Source: Rhodothermales bacterium (lineage in GTDB: Bacteria > Bacteroidota > Rhodothermia > Rhodothermales > Bin80). From it: 64,000 nt of DNA. The position numbers and the translations under genes were made by a program. Below the pieces are notes generated by a model. The model did not search any database and was not told the DNA's origin. It saw nothing but the letters and a program-made list of their open reading frames with translations. The stretch is from contig CBDBMQ010000007.1 of NCBI GenBank assembly GCA_965207565.1, positions 28,804 to 92,803 of the forward strand, read 5' to 3'. Below are positions 31,599-42,175 of this stretch, piece after piece (the first letter of the stretch is position 1; each line of letters opens with the position of its first letter).

Positions 31599-33157
31599 AC
31601 GGTCCAGGGGGTCGCCTGATAAACTAGCTCAAACCCGTCAGGGGTCGTCCCTTCCTGGCGCACGATGTAGTCAAACCCGTACTTGGTTGCCAGTTGTTGG
31701 ATTTGTGGGCGCGGAAGAGACATATAGGCACTATCCAGCGCAGTGATGAACTGCGCTCCGCCGCGTTGCGGTGGGGTGATGGGCGCAATATCCAGAAGTC
31801 TGGTGAACCACTCTGTCATGTAGGGCTGATGAAAAGGAACCGCTTTGAAGTTCACAACGATGGCACGTTGTGCCTGGGATCTGAAGTGGTCCCACCCGGG
31901 AGGGACAGCAAAAATCGCGTCGGTCTCCGTAGAGTCACGCGCCCATACCGCAACCTGCTCTGCAGGGGATTTCTCAGATGCCGGCCGAATGCCCAGCGCA
32001 TCAGGGGAAATAATAAGGAGTGTGGCTGCGATGAGAACTGTTGCACCAAGAGCATAATGTCCATGATCGAAAAAAACAGTTAGGGTACGTCGATAAAATT
32101 TGAGAATCAGTTGTGCCGCTGCGTTGGAAATCAGAATCACACAGAATACCTTGATTAGTACAGTAAGCTTAAAGAGTTGCAATCGGGTGACCATGTCGAT
32201 ATGCAAAACCTCCGTACACAAGAAAGAGGCGGTACAAAGTGCAGCAATGATGGTCAGGGATCGTCGAACCAGTACACGGTGAGTTCCAGGCAATAGAGTG
32301 AATGTAGCAAGCCCAAGTCCGAGCAGGATTGCAAACCGTATGGCCAATTCAGGGGCAAACGAAAGTGGCATATAATGATGCGGGGCCCGGAATTCGAACA
32401 GGATGTAGAAGTAGGACCAGAGTCCATCCGGGTGCGGGCGTGTGAGTTGGAACCAGATCAGTGGCCCCAAAGCCGGCAACGCAGACAGCGTAAAATAACC
32501 TGTAAACAGATAGGGCCGCCGCCCTGACCATCCGTGTCTCCAAAGAAGCAGAAGAGCACAGATCATGGCGACCTGCAGACCGACCAGCGCCTGGATCCAG
32601 ACTCCAAGGCCCATCAGAAGTGCTGCCTTGGCGAGTCGCCCACGTACGAAAAACACCAGACCCCATAAGCTGAATGCCCAGGCCGGGATACTTGGGGTGA
32701 GAATCCATGTTACCAGGTCGTTTCCCCCCAGTGTAAACTTGGGCGTGAGCAAGAGGGCCAAGATGACACAGATCGTTGCTGCCAAGCGCTCACGAGTCAA
32801 TTGCAAACCCAGTGTATACAATGCCATGCTGATCCCGAACCAGCTCGCCACATACATGCCCAGGATGGTTGCGTACGGGCCAAAGAGCTTCGCGGGGAGC
32901 CAGGTGATAAGGACGAAGAGGGTTCGGGGGCCGAAGGTGTCCAACTGGACATTCACAAACCAGTCCGATGAGTACAGGCTGGCATCCAGCAGGTGCATGA
33001 GGTAGGGCAGAATTTCATCCTGGTCACTGATCGCATAGTCATAGCCCCGCCAGAAGAAATAAATCGTGAGTGTGAGCAGCGGCAGATACAGGGGCGGGCG
33101 CATTCCCATCCCTGTGAGCAGCCGTGGCCACCGGCCAGTACGAAGCTGCATGATCAA
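31574..33157 (-). CDS. Polytopic membrane protein, DUF6798-like (possible GT-C fold)
   Basis: SDWFV, FRAPHH and RAIVVNFKAVP..EW motifs; many TM helices. Confidence 0.7.
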   Translation of the reverse strand: MIMQLRTGRWPRLLTGMGMRPPLYLPLLTLTIYFFWRGYDYAISDQDEILPYLMHLLDASLYSSDWFVNVQLDTFGPRTLFVLITWLPAKLFGPYATILGMYVASWFGISMALYTLGLQLTRERLAATICVILALLLTPKFTLGGNDLVTWILTPSIPAWAFSLWGLVFFVRGRLAKAALLMGLGVWIQALVGLQVAMICALLLLWRHGWSGRRPYLFTGYFTLSALPALGPLIWFQLTRPHPDGLWSYFYILFEFRAPHHYMPLSFAPELAIRFAILLGLGLATFTLLPGTHRVLVRRSLTIIAALCTASFLCTEVLHIDMVTRLQLFKLTVLIKVFCVILISNAAAQLILKFYRRTLTVFFDHGHYALGATVLIAATLLIISPDALGIRPASEKSPAEQVAVWARDSTETDAIFAVPPGWDHFRSQAQRAIVVNFKAVPFHQPYMTEWFTRLLDIAPITPPQRGGAQFITALDSAYMSLPRPQIQQLATKYGFDYIVRQEGTTPDGFELVYQATPWTVWRIKPES

Positions 33158-34059
33158 CGTCCAAAATGAATCCGCGGCCGTCGCCGCAGATGATAGTATT
33201 GTGTCAGTACTGGATTGAAGGAGCGCTTGAACTCGGCGATAGAGGGCGTGTTTGCTCCGACAAAGTCAAATTGCGTGATCCCGGATTGAGATAGAATTGG
33301 AAGCACTTCGCCAATCAACACCGTCATTGCGGGTCCGGGGATGCTCCCGGCGATCCAGTAATGTGCCGTATGCCCATCATGCAGGAGGATGAGGCCGGCC
33401 TCGGGGGTATTTCCCCGTAGCGCCACAAAGACCCGCGCCCATTCTCCCATCGCTTTCGTCAAGGCTCCCAGTGCTGCCGGTTGGGCAGGCAGGGATCGGC
33501 CATGTCTCTTATAGCTTTTTGCACAAAGATCAATCACCTGCTGTACACCAGAGGAGTCTTCCTGAATGTCGTACTCGGATACTTTGGATCTCCAGGTCCT
33601 ACGTGCCCCGCTGGACCAGTTTTCTGCACTTGTAGGCAAGTTGATGAGATAGGTGAAGAGCGGTCGTACCTGCCAGCCGCGCCACTGCGCAGTGCGGGGA
33701 TCCGCCAGGGGAACCAGCAGATCTACTCTGCGACTGGTTTGTTCGGCGTATTTGAGAAGCTGATCCAGAGGGCTCTGCTGCCGGTGAACTAGGTGTGCAC
33801 GCGGCGGGATGGGCAAAAGCAGCGCAGAATATTGTGTACACGGAGCAACGACAATGCGGCGAAGAGCCCCGGCCCCTTTCACATGTACCAGCAATGCCGC
33901 GTCTTCTTCGTGAAAACAAATCTGTGGCTTCAGCCCGAACACGTTGCCGGCTGCTTCCACATAGCGCAGGGATGCAAAGACTCCGCGTGTACGCTCCCAT
34001 AGTGCCTGATAGCGTGCACATGCACCGGGGTCATTCAGGTTGTAGATAGAGATGGCCAC
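33154..34059 (-). CDS. GNAT/FemAB-like acyltransferase
   Basis: FDFVGANTPSIAEFKRSF motif; AHYWIAG. Confidence 0.85.
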   Translation of the reverse strand: MAISIYNLNDPGACARYQALWERTRGVFASLRYVEAAGNVFGLKPQICFHEEDAALLVHVKGAGALRRIVVAPCTQYSALLLPIPPRAHLVHRQQSPLDQLLKYAEQTSRRVDLLVPLADPRTAQWRGWQVRPLFTYLINLPTSAENWSSGARRTWRSKVSEYDIQEDSSGVQQVIDLCAKSYKRHGRSLPAQPAALGALTKAMGEWARVFVALRGNTPEAGLILLHDGHTAHYWIAGSIPGPAMTVLIGEVLPILSQSGITQFDFVGANTPSIAEFKRSFNPVLTQYYHLRRRPRIHFGR

Positions 34060-34069
34060 CGAAGTACGG

Positions 34070-35440
34070 CTATAAGATGTACTGGCTGAGATCGCGGTTC
34101 CTCACGATAGCTCCAAGACGTTCCTCCACCTGATCGGCATCCATGGAGATCTCCTGTGCAGAGCTACCGTCAGACTCAAAGAGTAGGTCTTCCAACAGCG
34201 TGGTCATGATCGTATGGAGTCTTCGGGCACCAATATTCTCCACATCATCATTAACCTTGGCGGCAGTACGGGCGATGAGCCGAACTGCATCGTCCGTAAA
34301 GTCAAGGACAACCTTTTCCGCTTCCAGAAGTGCGCGATACTGTTTGAGCAGGGCATTGCGGGGTTGTGTAAGAATCAGATAGAAATCTTCCTCACTCAGC
34401 CGGTGCATCTCCACCCGGATGGGAAAGCGTCCCTGCATTTCGGGGATGAGGTCACTGGGCTTGGCGACGTGAAAGGCCCCGCTGGCAATAAACAGGATGT
34501 GATCTGTCCGGACCATCCCATGCTTTGTTGTAACCGTTGCCCCTTCAACCAGCGGCAGCAGATCCCGCTGCACTCCCTCGCGGGATACATCGGGTCCTCC
34601 TCCGCCCTTACTGGCCCGGCTGGCAACCTTGTCAATCTCATCAATGAAGACAATACCTGAATCTTCAACGCGCTTGAGTGCCTCCTGCGTTACGATATCC
34701 ATATCAATGAGCTTCGATGCCTCTTCCTTGGACAGGATCTCTTCGGCTTCCGACACTGTGACTCGGCGTTTCTTTCGTCGTTTGCCTCCAACATTTCCCA
34801 ACATATCCTGAAGGTTCATGCCCATTTCTTCCATTCCCATTGGGCCGAACACCTGCAGCATCGAAGATGACTGCTCCTTTTGGACTTCAATCTCGATCTC
34901 ACGGCTTGCAAAGCGCCCATCTCTGAGTCGTTTCCGAAATTTCATCCGTGTTGGAGACTCTTCCAGTGTGGCGTTTTCTGACTGGCCATTCTCCAGGTCG
35001 AGTCCGGCGACGGGTGGGGGAGGGAGGATCACATCAAGGATACGCTCGCGTGCGAGCTCGCGTGCACGTTCCTGAACATGGACTTCATGCTCCTGTCGTA
35101 CCAGGCGGATCGCACGGTCGGTAAGGTCACGGATCATACTCTCCACATCGCGGCCCACATATCCGACCTCTGTGAATTTTGTGGCTTCAACTTTGATGAA
35201 AGGGGCTTCGACCAGCTTCGCCAGTCTCCGGGCAATCTCCGTCTTCCCCACGCCGGTGGGGCCCATCAGGATGATATTACTGGGTAAAATTTCATCCTGT
35301 AGATCACAGGGCACCTGTTGACGGCGCCAGCGGTTGCGCAGTGCAATTGCGACCGTGCGTTTAGCCTCGGTCTGTCCAATAATGTAGTTATCCAGCTCTG
35401 CCACGATAGCACGTGGGGTCAGCTGCTCATTCATTGCCAT
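34070..35440 (-). CDS. hslU: ATP-dependent protease ATPase subunit HslU
   Basis: GPTGVGKTEIARRLA, KFTEVGYVGRDVESM and NIGARRLHT. Confidence 0.99.
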   Translation of the reverse strand: MAMNEQLTPRAIVAELDNYIIGQTEAKRTVAIALRNRWRRQQVPCDLQDEILPSNIILMGPTGVGKTEIARRLAKLVEAPFIKVEATKFTEVGYVGRDVESMIRDLTDRAIRLVRQEHEVHVQERARELARERILDVILPPPPVAGLDLENGQSENATLEESPTRMKFRKRLRDGRFASREIEIEVQKEQSSSMLQVFGPMGMEEMGMNLQDMLGNVGGKRRKKRRVTVSEAEEILSKEEASKLIDMDIVTQEALKRVEDSGIVFIDEIDKVASRASKGGGGPDVSREGVQRDLLPLVEGATVTTKHGMVRTDHILFIASGAFHVAKPSDLIPEMQGRFPIRVEMHRLSEEDFYLILTQPRNALLKQYRALLEAEKVVLDFTDDAVRLIARTAAKVNDDVENIGARRLHTIMTTLLEDLLFESDGSSAQEISMDADQVEERLGAIVRNRDLSQYIL

Positions 35441-35484
35441 CAGATTAATCTTGGATCATGGACGCCTTCGCTGCGGTTTGCAGC

Positions 35485-36438
35485 TTAATCGTTGTACGCG
35501 TCACTGGGATTATTTTCAACTTGCTCATAGCCCTCCTCGTCCTCACGCACCATCGCCTCATGAATCTCTATAACGTTGGGGTGATGGTAATTGATCAGTA
35601 GCACCGTATAGTTAAAGGGGAATCCCTTACGCTTTTCCAGCCAGATCGCGCCCGCGTCATTCAGTTTGCCAACAATCACCTTCGGGTCGTCATGGTCTCC
35701 AAACATGTCGGAGAGTTTCCGCAATAGGGGCGTGAGATAGATCTCCTCGTATTGTCCGAAGAAGTGTTCAATAATTTCCAGCGCAATGAGCGCCGTTTCG
35801 TCCGTGATCTCGGTAACCTTTTCGGGGGCGGTCGTCAATCCGGATGGGCGGACAGGAGTTGAAGCCTCCACACTCTCTTCCTCATTCGGGTATGCGTGAA
35901 GGGTTTCCTTCAGGAATTTGTCGGCATGGATGAAGAGATCCGAATACTCCCCTGAATAGTTAATGCCAGGAGGCTGGAATGTGATGGCAAAGCCGCGCAC
36001 ATTTTTTCGTTGGCAAAATTTGAGTAGAGGAAGATAGAGGCGGTTACCAGTAATCAGGAAGATGGCCCGTACATCTTCCTGGTTTTGCAGCGTTTCGAGT
36101 ACGTCAACGCAGATCTGGATCTCAGAAGCATTGGATTGCAGAGAGGCAGGCACAAATCTGGGTTCCAACCCGGCCAGATAGAGGCTTTGCTGAATCTCTG
36201 GATCTGCAGATCCGATCAAGGCGAAGTCTGCATAGGCAACCGGGGCATCTAAATTGAATTTCAGTTCCTGCTTTACATGGTGTAAGGCGGAATTCAACAG
36301 CGCATTGATCACATACTTGGGCCTTGTACGTTCGGTTGCATTTCGATCAATGTAATCGAAGAGATTATCGTAATCCACAAACATGCGGGCGCGTTGAGTT
36401 GAGGCCGTGTCGGGCGAAATTCGATCTGGCATGGTCAT
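35485..36438 (-). CDS. NYN (PIN-like) domain protein with C-terminal winged-helix-like region
   Basis: MFVDYDN, AYADF, SEIQICVD and ITGNRLYLPL motifs. Confidence 0.82.
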   Translation of the reverse strand: MTMPDRISPDTASTQRARMFVDYDNLFDYIDRNATERTRPKYVINALLNSALHHVKQELKFNLDAPVAYADFALIGSADPEIQQSLYLAGLEPRFVPASLQSNASEIQICVDVLETLQNQEDVRAIFLITGNRLYLPLLKFCQRKNVRGFAITFQPPGINYSGEYSDLFIHADKFLKETLHAYPNEEESVEASTPVRPSGLTTAPEKVTEITDETALIALEIIEHFFGQYEEIYLTPLLRKLSDMFGDHDDPKVIVGKLNDAGAIWLEKRKGFPFNYTVLLINYHHPNVIEIHEAMVREDEEGYEQVENNPSDAYND

Positions 36439-36440
36439 GT

Positions 36441-37010
36441 TTATTTTATTTTATGGCCGGAATCTTCATCTATCTCAAGTACGGTCAAAGAGTGATTGGT
36501 ATACACGCAAATATCTGCGGCAACGCGAAGGGAATCGGTCACAATCTCTCTTGCAGTCAGCTGTGGGGCATGCTGGATCATGGCACGCGCGGCGGCAAGT
36601 GCGAAGGCTCCTCCGCTACCAATTGCCGCAATATCATCATCGGGCTCAATGACATCTCCGCTGCCACTGATCAGGAGCAGTCGGTCAATCGTCCCAACCA
36701 CCAGCAGGGCTTCCAGGCGGCGTAGATATCGGTCGGTACGCCAGTCTTTGGCGAGTTCTACAGAAGCACGCGTAAGGTTTCCCCCGTACTGCTTGAGTTT
36801 ATCCTCGAAGCGTTCAAACAAGGTAAATGCGTCGGCAGTGGATCCAGCAAATCCGGCAAGAACCTCCCCATCAAAGAGTCGGCGAACTTTCTGGGCCTTG
36901 TGCTTCATCACCGTACTCCCCAGGGTTGCCTGCCCATCGGATCCGATCGCAACTTTTTTATGGCGCCGAACACCGATCACGGTTGTGCTGTGCAATGGAT
37001 GCTCCTGCAT
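36441..37010 (-). CDS. hslV: ATP-dependent protease peptidase subunit HslV
   Basis: [28 protein letters not shown] and AIGSGG. Confidence 0.99.
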   Translation of the reverse strand: MQEHPLHSTTVIGVRRHKKVAIGSDGQATLGSTVMKHKAQKVRRLFDGEVLAGFAGSTADAFTLFERFEDKLKQYGGNLTRASVELAKDWRTDRYLRRLEALLVVGTIDRLLLISGSGDVIEPDDDIAAIGSGGAFALAAARAMIQHAPQLTAREIVTDSLRVAADICVYTNHSLTVLEIDEDSGHKIK

Positions 37011-37045
37011 TCGTGAATTCTAAATAAGTATGTAACTGAGGGACG

Positions 37046-37061
37046 TGCCAAGTGCACGCCA
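37046..37061 (-). promoter_or_regulatory. Possible sigma-54 -24/-12 promoter upstream of hslV
   Basis: Minus strand TGGCGTGCACTTGGCA has GG-N10-GC spacing but an imperfect consensus. Confidence 0.3.
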
Positions 37062-37183
37062 TAACTCTACCGACACCTAAATCCTATGCGTCAGGCTTTT
37101 CATGATTTTAATAATATAGTCGGGGTTCAATAGAAAGATTTTAGTATCAGGTCCCCGGCGCCTGGGTAGTATGGGCAACATGC

Positions 37184-38656
37184 TTAGTTGTTCCTTTCCA
37201 AGGGGAGATCAATCAATTCATTGATGAATGATTCCTGAATTTCGCGAATCGCCGCATGATGTCCTTGAAAATGATTTGCAAAAATTACAAATGCCAACAG
37301 GGATCCATCGTTCCGCATAAGATATCCTGCAAGGGAGTTTACATTGCCGAGCGTTCCTGTCTTCGCGCGTACGCGCCCATAGCCGGGGGAATTTCGGATA
37401 AACCGGTATTCGAGGGTGCCGTCCTGCCCACCCACGGCCAGGGAAGACAGAAAAGCGTCGCGAACCTCAGGGTTGGGGTGTAAGGCCATGTAGCGAAGCA
37501 GTGCGATGGTCATTGCCGGAGTGATCAGATTCTTACGGGAGAGCCCGGAGCCGTCCACCAGCTGCAACCGGTCCGTTTCGATCTGCGCATTTTCATAGGT
37601 GCGCATACTGGCTTCAATGCCCATCGCTGCCGAGCCTGGTTCAAAATCGCCAGGTTCCGGACGTTCGCGCCCCAGTGTTTTCAGTAAGTGCTCGGCATAC
37701 AGGTTGTGACTCTCCTTATTCACGGTTGCCACCAACTCAGATAACGGAGCCGAGGTATGGCTCGCAATTACGCGGGCCGCCGAATAGTCGGGATCCAAGG
37801 GCAGATCATCCACATCAAGGAGTTGTCCATGGACATGAATATTTCGGGATGTGAGGACCGTGCGGAGCCCATGCAAAAAATAAAGAGTCGGATTATGGAC
37901 TGTGATTGCCTCAGGGTCTGAGCGTCCAACCGGCACCTGGCTTGATACAATAATCCGGTTTGATTCGGGGATACGGATATGCCCTTCGACGAGTTCTTGT
38001 CCTTGCGGGAGGGTAAGTGTCTGGTTGTCAACCATCAGAAAGCTTCCCGAATCAGGGGTAATGGACAGCTCTCCTCTGATTCCTGGTCTGGTTGGATAGG
38101 CATGCAGATCCACAATGGCGTCGTAAAACGTCAATCCACTGATTTGTGCAGCATACCCATAAACCAGGTCCTCCCAACTCCAGTCTGCGCCCAGCGGCAC
38201 ATCATCAAACACATTGTCGTCCCCGATGAGATCTCCACGCACTTCCTGGATCCCGAGAGCCAGCAGGGAGTCGGCGAATGCATGAAAAAGATTCATCCAG
38301 TCGTCTCCAGCAGCCCCCGTGGAGGGATCTCCTGCTCCCCGCACGAGCAAATTTCCCTCCAGAACATCTCCAGTTTGCGTCCCCTCTGCATAGAGCCTGG
38401 TTACATAGCGGTAGTCGGGTCCCAGCTGATCCAGTACTGCTGCAGTTGTGAACAGCTTGGTAACCGAAGCAGGCATAAAGCTGCGCGCTGCATTGCGAGT
38501 GAAAAGAGTGTCTCCCGAAGCCACTTCCACCACCATGCTTCCCCACCATGCATGCGGGCGAGTATCGAGAACCGAATCCAGTGCACTTTGTGCCTTGCAG
38601 AAACTACCGGGGAGCAGCAACGCAATCAGATAGATCAAAGGGCGCATACGCTTCAT
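37184..38656 (-). CDS. dacB: D-Ala-D-Ala carboxypeptidase/endopeptidase PBP4 (peptidase S13)
   Basis: PASVTK (SxxK), SHN, DGSGLSR and KTGT. Confidence 0.96.
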   Translation of the reverse strand: MKRMRPLIYLIALLLPGSFCKAQSALDSVLDTRPHAWWGSMVVEVASGDTLFTRNAARSFMPASVTKLFTTAAVLDQLGPDYRYVTRLYAEGTQTGDVLEGNLLVRGAGDPSTGAAGDDWMNLFHAFADSLLALGIQEVRGDLIGDDNVFDDVPLGADWSWEDLVYGYAAQISGLTFYDAIVDLHAYPTRPGIRGELSITPDSGSFLMVDNQTLTLPQGQELVEGHIRIPESNRIIVSSQVPVGRSDPEAITVHNPTLYFLHGLRTVLTSRNIHVHGQLLDVDDLPLDPDYSAARVIASHTSAPLSELVATVNKESHNLYAEHLLKTLGRERPEPGDFEPGSAAMGIEASMRTYENAQIETDRLQLVDGSGLSRKNLITPAMTIALLRYMALHPNPEVRDAFLSSLAVGGQDGTLEYRFIRNSPGYGRVRAKTGTLGNVNSLAGYLMRNDGSLLAFVIFANHFQGHHAAIREIQESFINELIDLPLERNN

Positions 38657-38659
38657 GGA

Positions 38660-39475
38660 TTATTCGGCCGCGTCTGCGGTTTGCAGTTGGCCGGAGTGGC
38701 GAAGGACAACAAATGCAAAGTGGGAGGTGTGCAGGGGAGCGGCAGGCTGAATGCGAATCTCCCAGAAATTACTTCCCTGCTGTGCCCGATAGGCGGTGAC
38801 CGTGCCGACGGGGATATTTGGTGGGAAGACTTCACTGGCGTCATGCGTGATTACGCGCTGGCCGATCCGGACATTCTCTGTCTTCACAACATTACTGAGG
38901 ATCAACGAGTCCGGGGTACTGGTCTGACCCGAAACGATGCCAACGGCACCGAGGGTGTCAATCATGACAGGGACATAAAACTGTGAATGCAGGTAGGGCA
39001 TGACCTCACTGTAATTCTGGCTGACCTGAACAATCCGCCCCAGTATTCCCTTGTGGCTGATTACGGCCATATCCATATCGACTCCTTGTGCACGCCCCAC
39101 ATCCAGGGTAAAGAAATTGGTGACTCCAGAGGGTTCACGTGCAATGATGCGAGCGGCAACCGTCTCGAATTCGTTGCTGCGCTTCCATCCCAATGCCTCC
39201 CGCAGGTCTTCATTCTCGCGCCCCGCAATCCGTAAGCGATTGAGTTCGTACGTCAAACGTAGATTGGAATCCCGCAGCAGCTGATTTTCACGCAGGGAGC
39301 GTGGGATTTCTGCAGCCCAGCTGATCCGATACTCAACGGCTCCAACAATTTTCAGGGTCTGTGCACGAATGCCTCTCATGAGGGAGCGATTCGCGTTTGC
39401 CATGACAAAGGAGGAGATAGCAATCAGAACGAACAGAAGGATGAATGTACGTAGGCGGAGCAGAAGGTCAATCAT
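38660..39475 (-). CDS. mreC: Rod shape-determining protein MreC
   Basis: TM, coiled coil ENEDLR, LDVG..GV and FPPNIPVG; adjacent to mreB. Confidence 0.93.
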   Translation of the reverse strand: MIDLLLRLRTFILLFVLIAISSFVMANANRSLMRGIRAQTLKIVGAVEYRISWAAEIPRSLRENQLLRDSNLRLTYELNRLRIAGRENEDLREALGWKRSNEFETVAARIIAREPSGVTNFFTLDVGRAQGVDMDMAVISHKGILGRIVQVSQNYSEVMPYLHSQFYVPVMIDTLGAVGIVSGQTSTPDSLILSNVVKTENVRIGQRVITHDASEVFPPNIPVGTVTAYRAQQGSNFWEIRIQPAAPLHTSHFAFVVLRHSGQLQTADAAE

Positions 39476-39547
39476 CCCGACGCATGGTTAGGTCATATAG
39501 TGTGGTCAAGCTACAACGCGAAGTCTTGGTCAGCCGTGGAGTAAAGG

Positions 39548-40558
39548 TTATAACAGAACATCGGCGTACGGGGGCACATCTTCCAGAATTTTGCCGGTTC
39601 CGCGCACCACAGCGGTAAGAGGATCTTCTGCAACATAGACAGGAATATCTACACGGTTGCGGATATACTGGTCCATTCCATGCAGGAGCGCTCCCCCTCC
39701 GGTGAGCATAATTCCCCGTTCAAGAATATCGGATCCCAGTTCGGGGGGTGTTTTTTCCAGGCACTGAACCACCGCCGAAACGATATTGCCAATCACTTGT
39801 GAGATCGCGTTGCGTACTTCTTGAGAGGTCGTGGAATGCACTTTCGGCATGCCACTGCTTGAATCCTGTCCTTTGATATGCAATTCCATTTCCGGCTCCA
39901 TCACGACGGTGCTTCCGATCTCTTTCTTGATCCGCTCCGCAGTCCGTTGTCCGATGATCAGGTTATGATAGTGTTTGAAGTGGGACAGGATCGCCGCATC
40001 AATGGCATTGCCTCCCACGCGCACGGATTGATCAACCACGATCCCGCCGAGCGCGATCACCGCAATTTCGGTCGTACCTCCTCCGATATCCACGATCATA
40101 TTTCCGATCGGTTCGTGCACTGTCAGGCCAATGCCGATGGCGGCGGCCATTGGTTCTGAGATCAGGTGGACTTTCCGTGCACCAACATGCTGAGCACTAT
40201 CCCGGACGGCACGTTTTTCGACCTCTGTAATCCCGCTGGGGATGCAGATCACCATCTGGCGAATGGTTTTGATCCATCCGGTCTGCACTTTTCGGGTCAG
40301 GCCGCGGATCAGTTGTTCAGCCATCTCAAAATCTGCAATGACCCCGTCCTTCAGGGGACGCACGGTTTCAATATTCTTGTGCGTTTTTTCATGCATGGTT
40401 AATGCATCGTTCCCAATGGCAAGCACTTTCTCGGTGCTACGGTCATACGCAACAATACTGGCTTCACTGAGGACGATTCCCTGTCCTTTCACATAGACCA
40501 GGGTGTTGGCTGTGCCTAAGTCGACCGCCACATCGGTATTAAAATTATAGAAGCTCAT
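39548..40558 (-). CDS. mreB: Rod shape-determining protein MreB
   Basis: DLGTANT, RPLKDGVIADF, DIGGGTTE and LTGGGALL. Confidence 0.99.
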   Translation of the reverse strand: MSFYNFNTDVAVDLGTANTLVYVKGQGIVLSEASIVAYDRSTEKVLAIGNDALTMHEKTHKNIETVRPLKDGVIADFEMAEQLIRGLTRKVQTGWIKTIRQMVICIPSGITEVEKRAVRDSAQHVGARKVHLISEPMAAAIGIGLTVHEPIGNMIVDIGGGTTEIAVIALGGIVVDQSVRVGGNAIDAAILSHFKHYHNLIIGQRTAERIKKEIGSTVVMEPEMELHIKGQDSSSGMPKVHSTTSQEVRNAISQVIGNIVSAVVQCLEKTPPELGSDILERGIMLTGGGALLHGMDQYIRNRVDIPVYVAEDPLTAVVRGTGKILEDVPPYADVLL

Positions 40559-40606
40559 CGGCCGTTCCTGGTTGAATTGTGTACTCGAAAGATACGTTCA
40601 TTGTCG

Positions 40607-42175
40607 TTAGTGTCTGAAGTGTCTTTTCCCGGTAAACACCATTGCCATTTTGCGTTCATTTGCGGCTGCGATCACTTCGTCATCCCGTATGGAGCCACCT
40701 GGTTGCACGGCTGCGACTGCACCGCTGTCCGCTGCTGCAAGCAATCCATCCGGGAAGGGAAAGAATGCATCCGAAGCAACCACGCATCCTTTGAAGCTCA
40801 GCTTGGACTTCGCTCCTTTGGACACGGCAATCTCGGAGGCATCAATCCGGCTCATCTGCCCGGCCCCAATCCCCAGTGTTTGTCGTTCTTTCGCATACAC
40901 AATGGCGTTACTCTTTACATGCTTGGCCACGCGCCAGGCAAAGATCAGATCCCGAAGTTCAGATTCGGTCGGTGCGCGATCCGTAACCGCTGTCAGCGGG
41001 TCATCTCCAGCTAATAGATCTGTGGTCTGGCAGAGGATGCCGCCCAGTGCGCGGCGGAGCTGATACGTACTGGTGGATGTGGGGTTGAACTGGATCAGTC
41101 TACGATTTTTTTTCTTCCGAAGCCATGCCAGAGCATCTTTATTAAAGGATGGAGCGATCACTAATTCCAGGAAAATAGGATCAATGGCCTTCGCGAACGC
41201 AATCGTACAGGCCTGATTCATAACGACAATGCCACCAAACGGAGATTGCCGGTCCGTTGCAAAGGCCCGATCCCAAGCCTGCACGAGCGTATCTGCACTG
41301 GATACGCCACAGGGGTTGGTATGCTTGAGGATTGCGATCGTTGGATCTTCATCCATAAACTCCTGGATGAGTGCTAGCGCAGCATCAAGATCAATCAGGT
41401 TATTATACGAGAGATTTTTTCCGTGAAGCTTGGTAAAGAACTCTTCCGGATTGCCATAGAAGGCCGCTTCCTGGTGGGGGTTTTCCCCGTAGCGAAGCAC
41501 ACTGGTGCGGGAAAGCTGCAGGTTCAGCTGACTTGGCAGAGTTTCATCAGGCGCCCCCTCAAAGTAGGCGGCAATCGCACGATCATACGCTGCTGTTTTG
41601 GCGAATGCGGAGTGTGCGAGTTGGCGCCGGAGTGAAAGACGAAGATGCCCGTCTGCGTCATCCAGGGAGTCTAAGATGGTCGAGTACTCATCTGGAGATG
41701 TGATGATCGTAACATGGACAAAGTTCTTTGCTGCGGCCCGGATCATAGCGGGTCCTCCGATGTCAATGTTCTCTGCGGCAATGGCATCGTCCACATAGGG
41801 GCGTTGGATGGCTTCCGTGAAGGGGTACAGATTGACAACGACAAGATCAAAGGGCTCAATCCCGTGCTTCGCGAGATCCTCCATGTCGGTTTCTGCATTC
41901 TGTCTGGCGAGGATTCCTCCGTGGATTGCCGGGTGGAGGGTCTTTACACGTCCCCCAAGCATCGAGGGAGCTTTTGTAATGTCTGCAACGTCCGTAACAT
42001 CCAGACCGGCTTTACGCAGGTGAGTAGCAGTGCCCCCAGAAGATACGAGTAGGATTCCATGATTCTGGAGCCCTTTGGCAAACGGGACGAGTCCTTTTTT
42101 GTCGAACACCGATAACAGGGCACGGCGGGGGCGCACCTGATCAGGTATGGGCAGCTTTAGAGGTTTAATGGTCAT
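40607..42175 (-). CDS. purH: Bifunctional AICAR transformylase/IMP cyclohydrolase
   Basis: GRVKTLHP, IDIGGP, LRYGENPHQ, KHVKSNAI and SDAFFPF. Confidence 0.99.
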   Translation of the reverse strand: MTIKPLKLPIPDQVRPRRALLSVFDKKGLVPFAKGLQNHGILLVSSGGTATHLRKAGLDVTDVADITKAPSMLGGRVKTLHPAIHGGILARQNAETDMEDLAKHGIEPFDLVVVNLYPFTEAIQRPYVDDAIAAENIDIGGPAMIRAAAKNFVHVTIITSPDEYSTILDSLDDADGHLRLSLRRQLAHSAFAKTAAYDRAIAAYFEGAPDETLPSQLNLQLSRTSVLRYGENPHQEAAFYGNPEEFFTKLHGKNLSYNNLIDLDAALALIQEFMDEDPTIAILKHTNPCGVSSADTLVQAWDRAFATDRQSPFGGIVVMNQACTIAFAKAIDPIFLELVIAPSFNKDALAWLRKKKNRRLIQFNPTSTSTYQLRRALGGILCQTTDLLAGDDPLTAVTDRAPTESELRDLIFAWRVAKHVKSNAIVYAKERQTLGIGAGQMSRIDASEIAVSKGAKSKLSFKGCVVASDAFFPFPDGLLAAADSGAVAAVQPGGSIRDDEVIAAANERKMAMVFTGKRHFRH

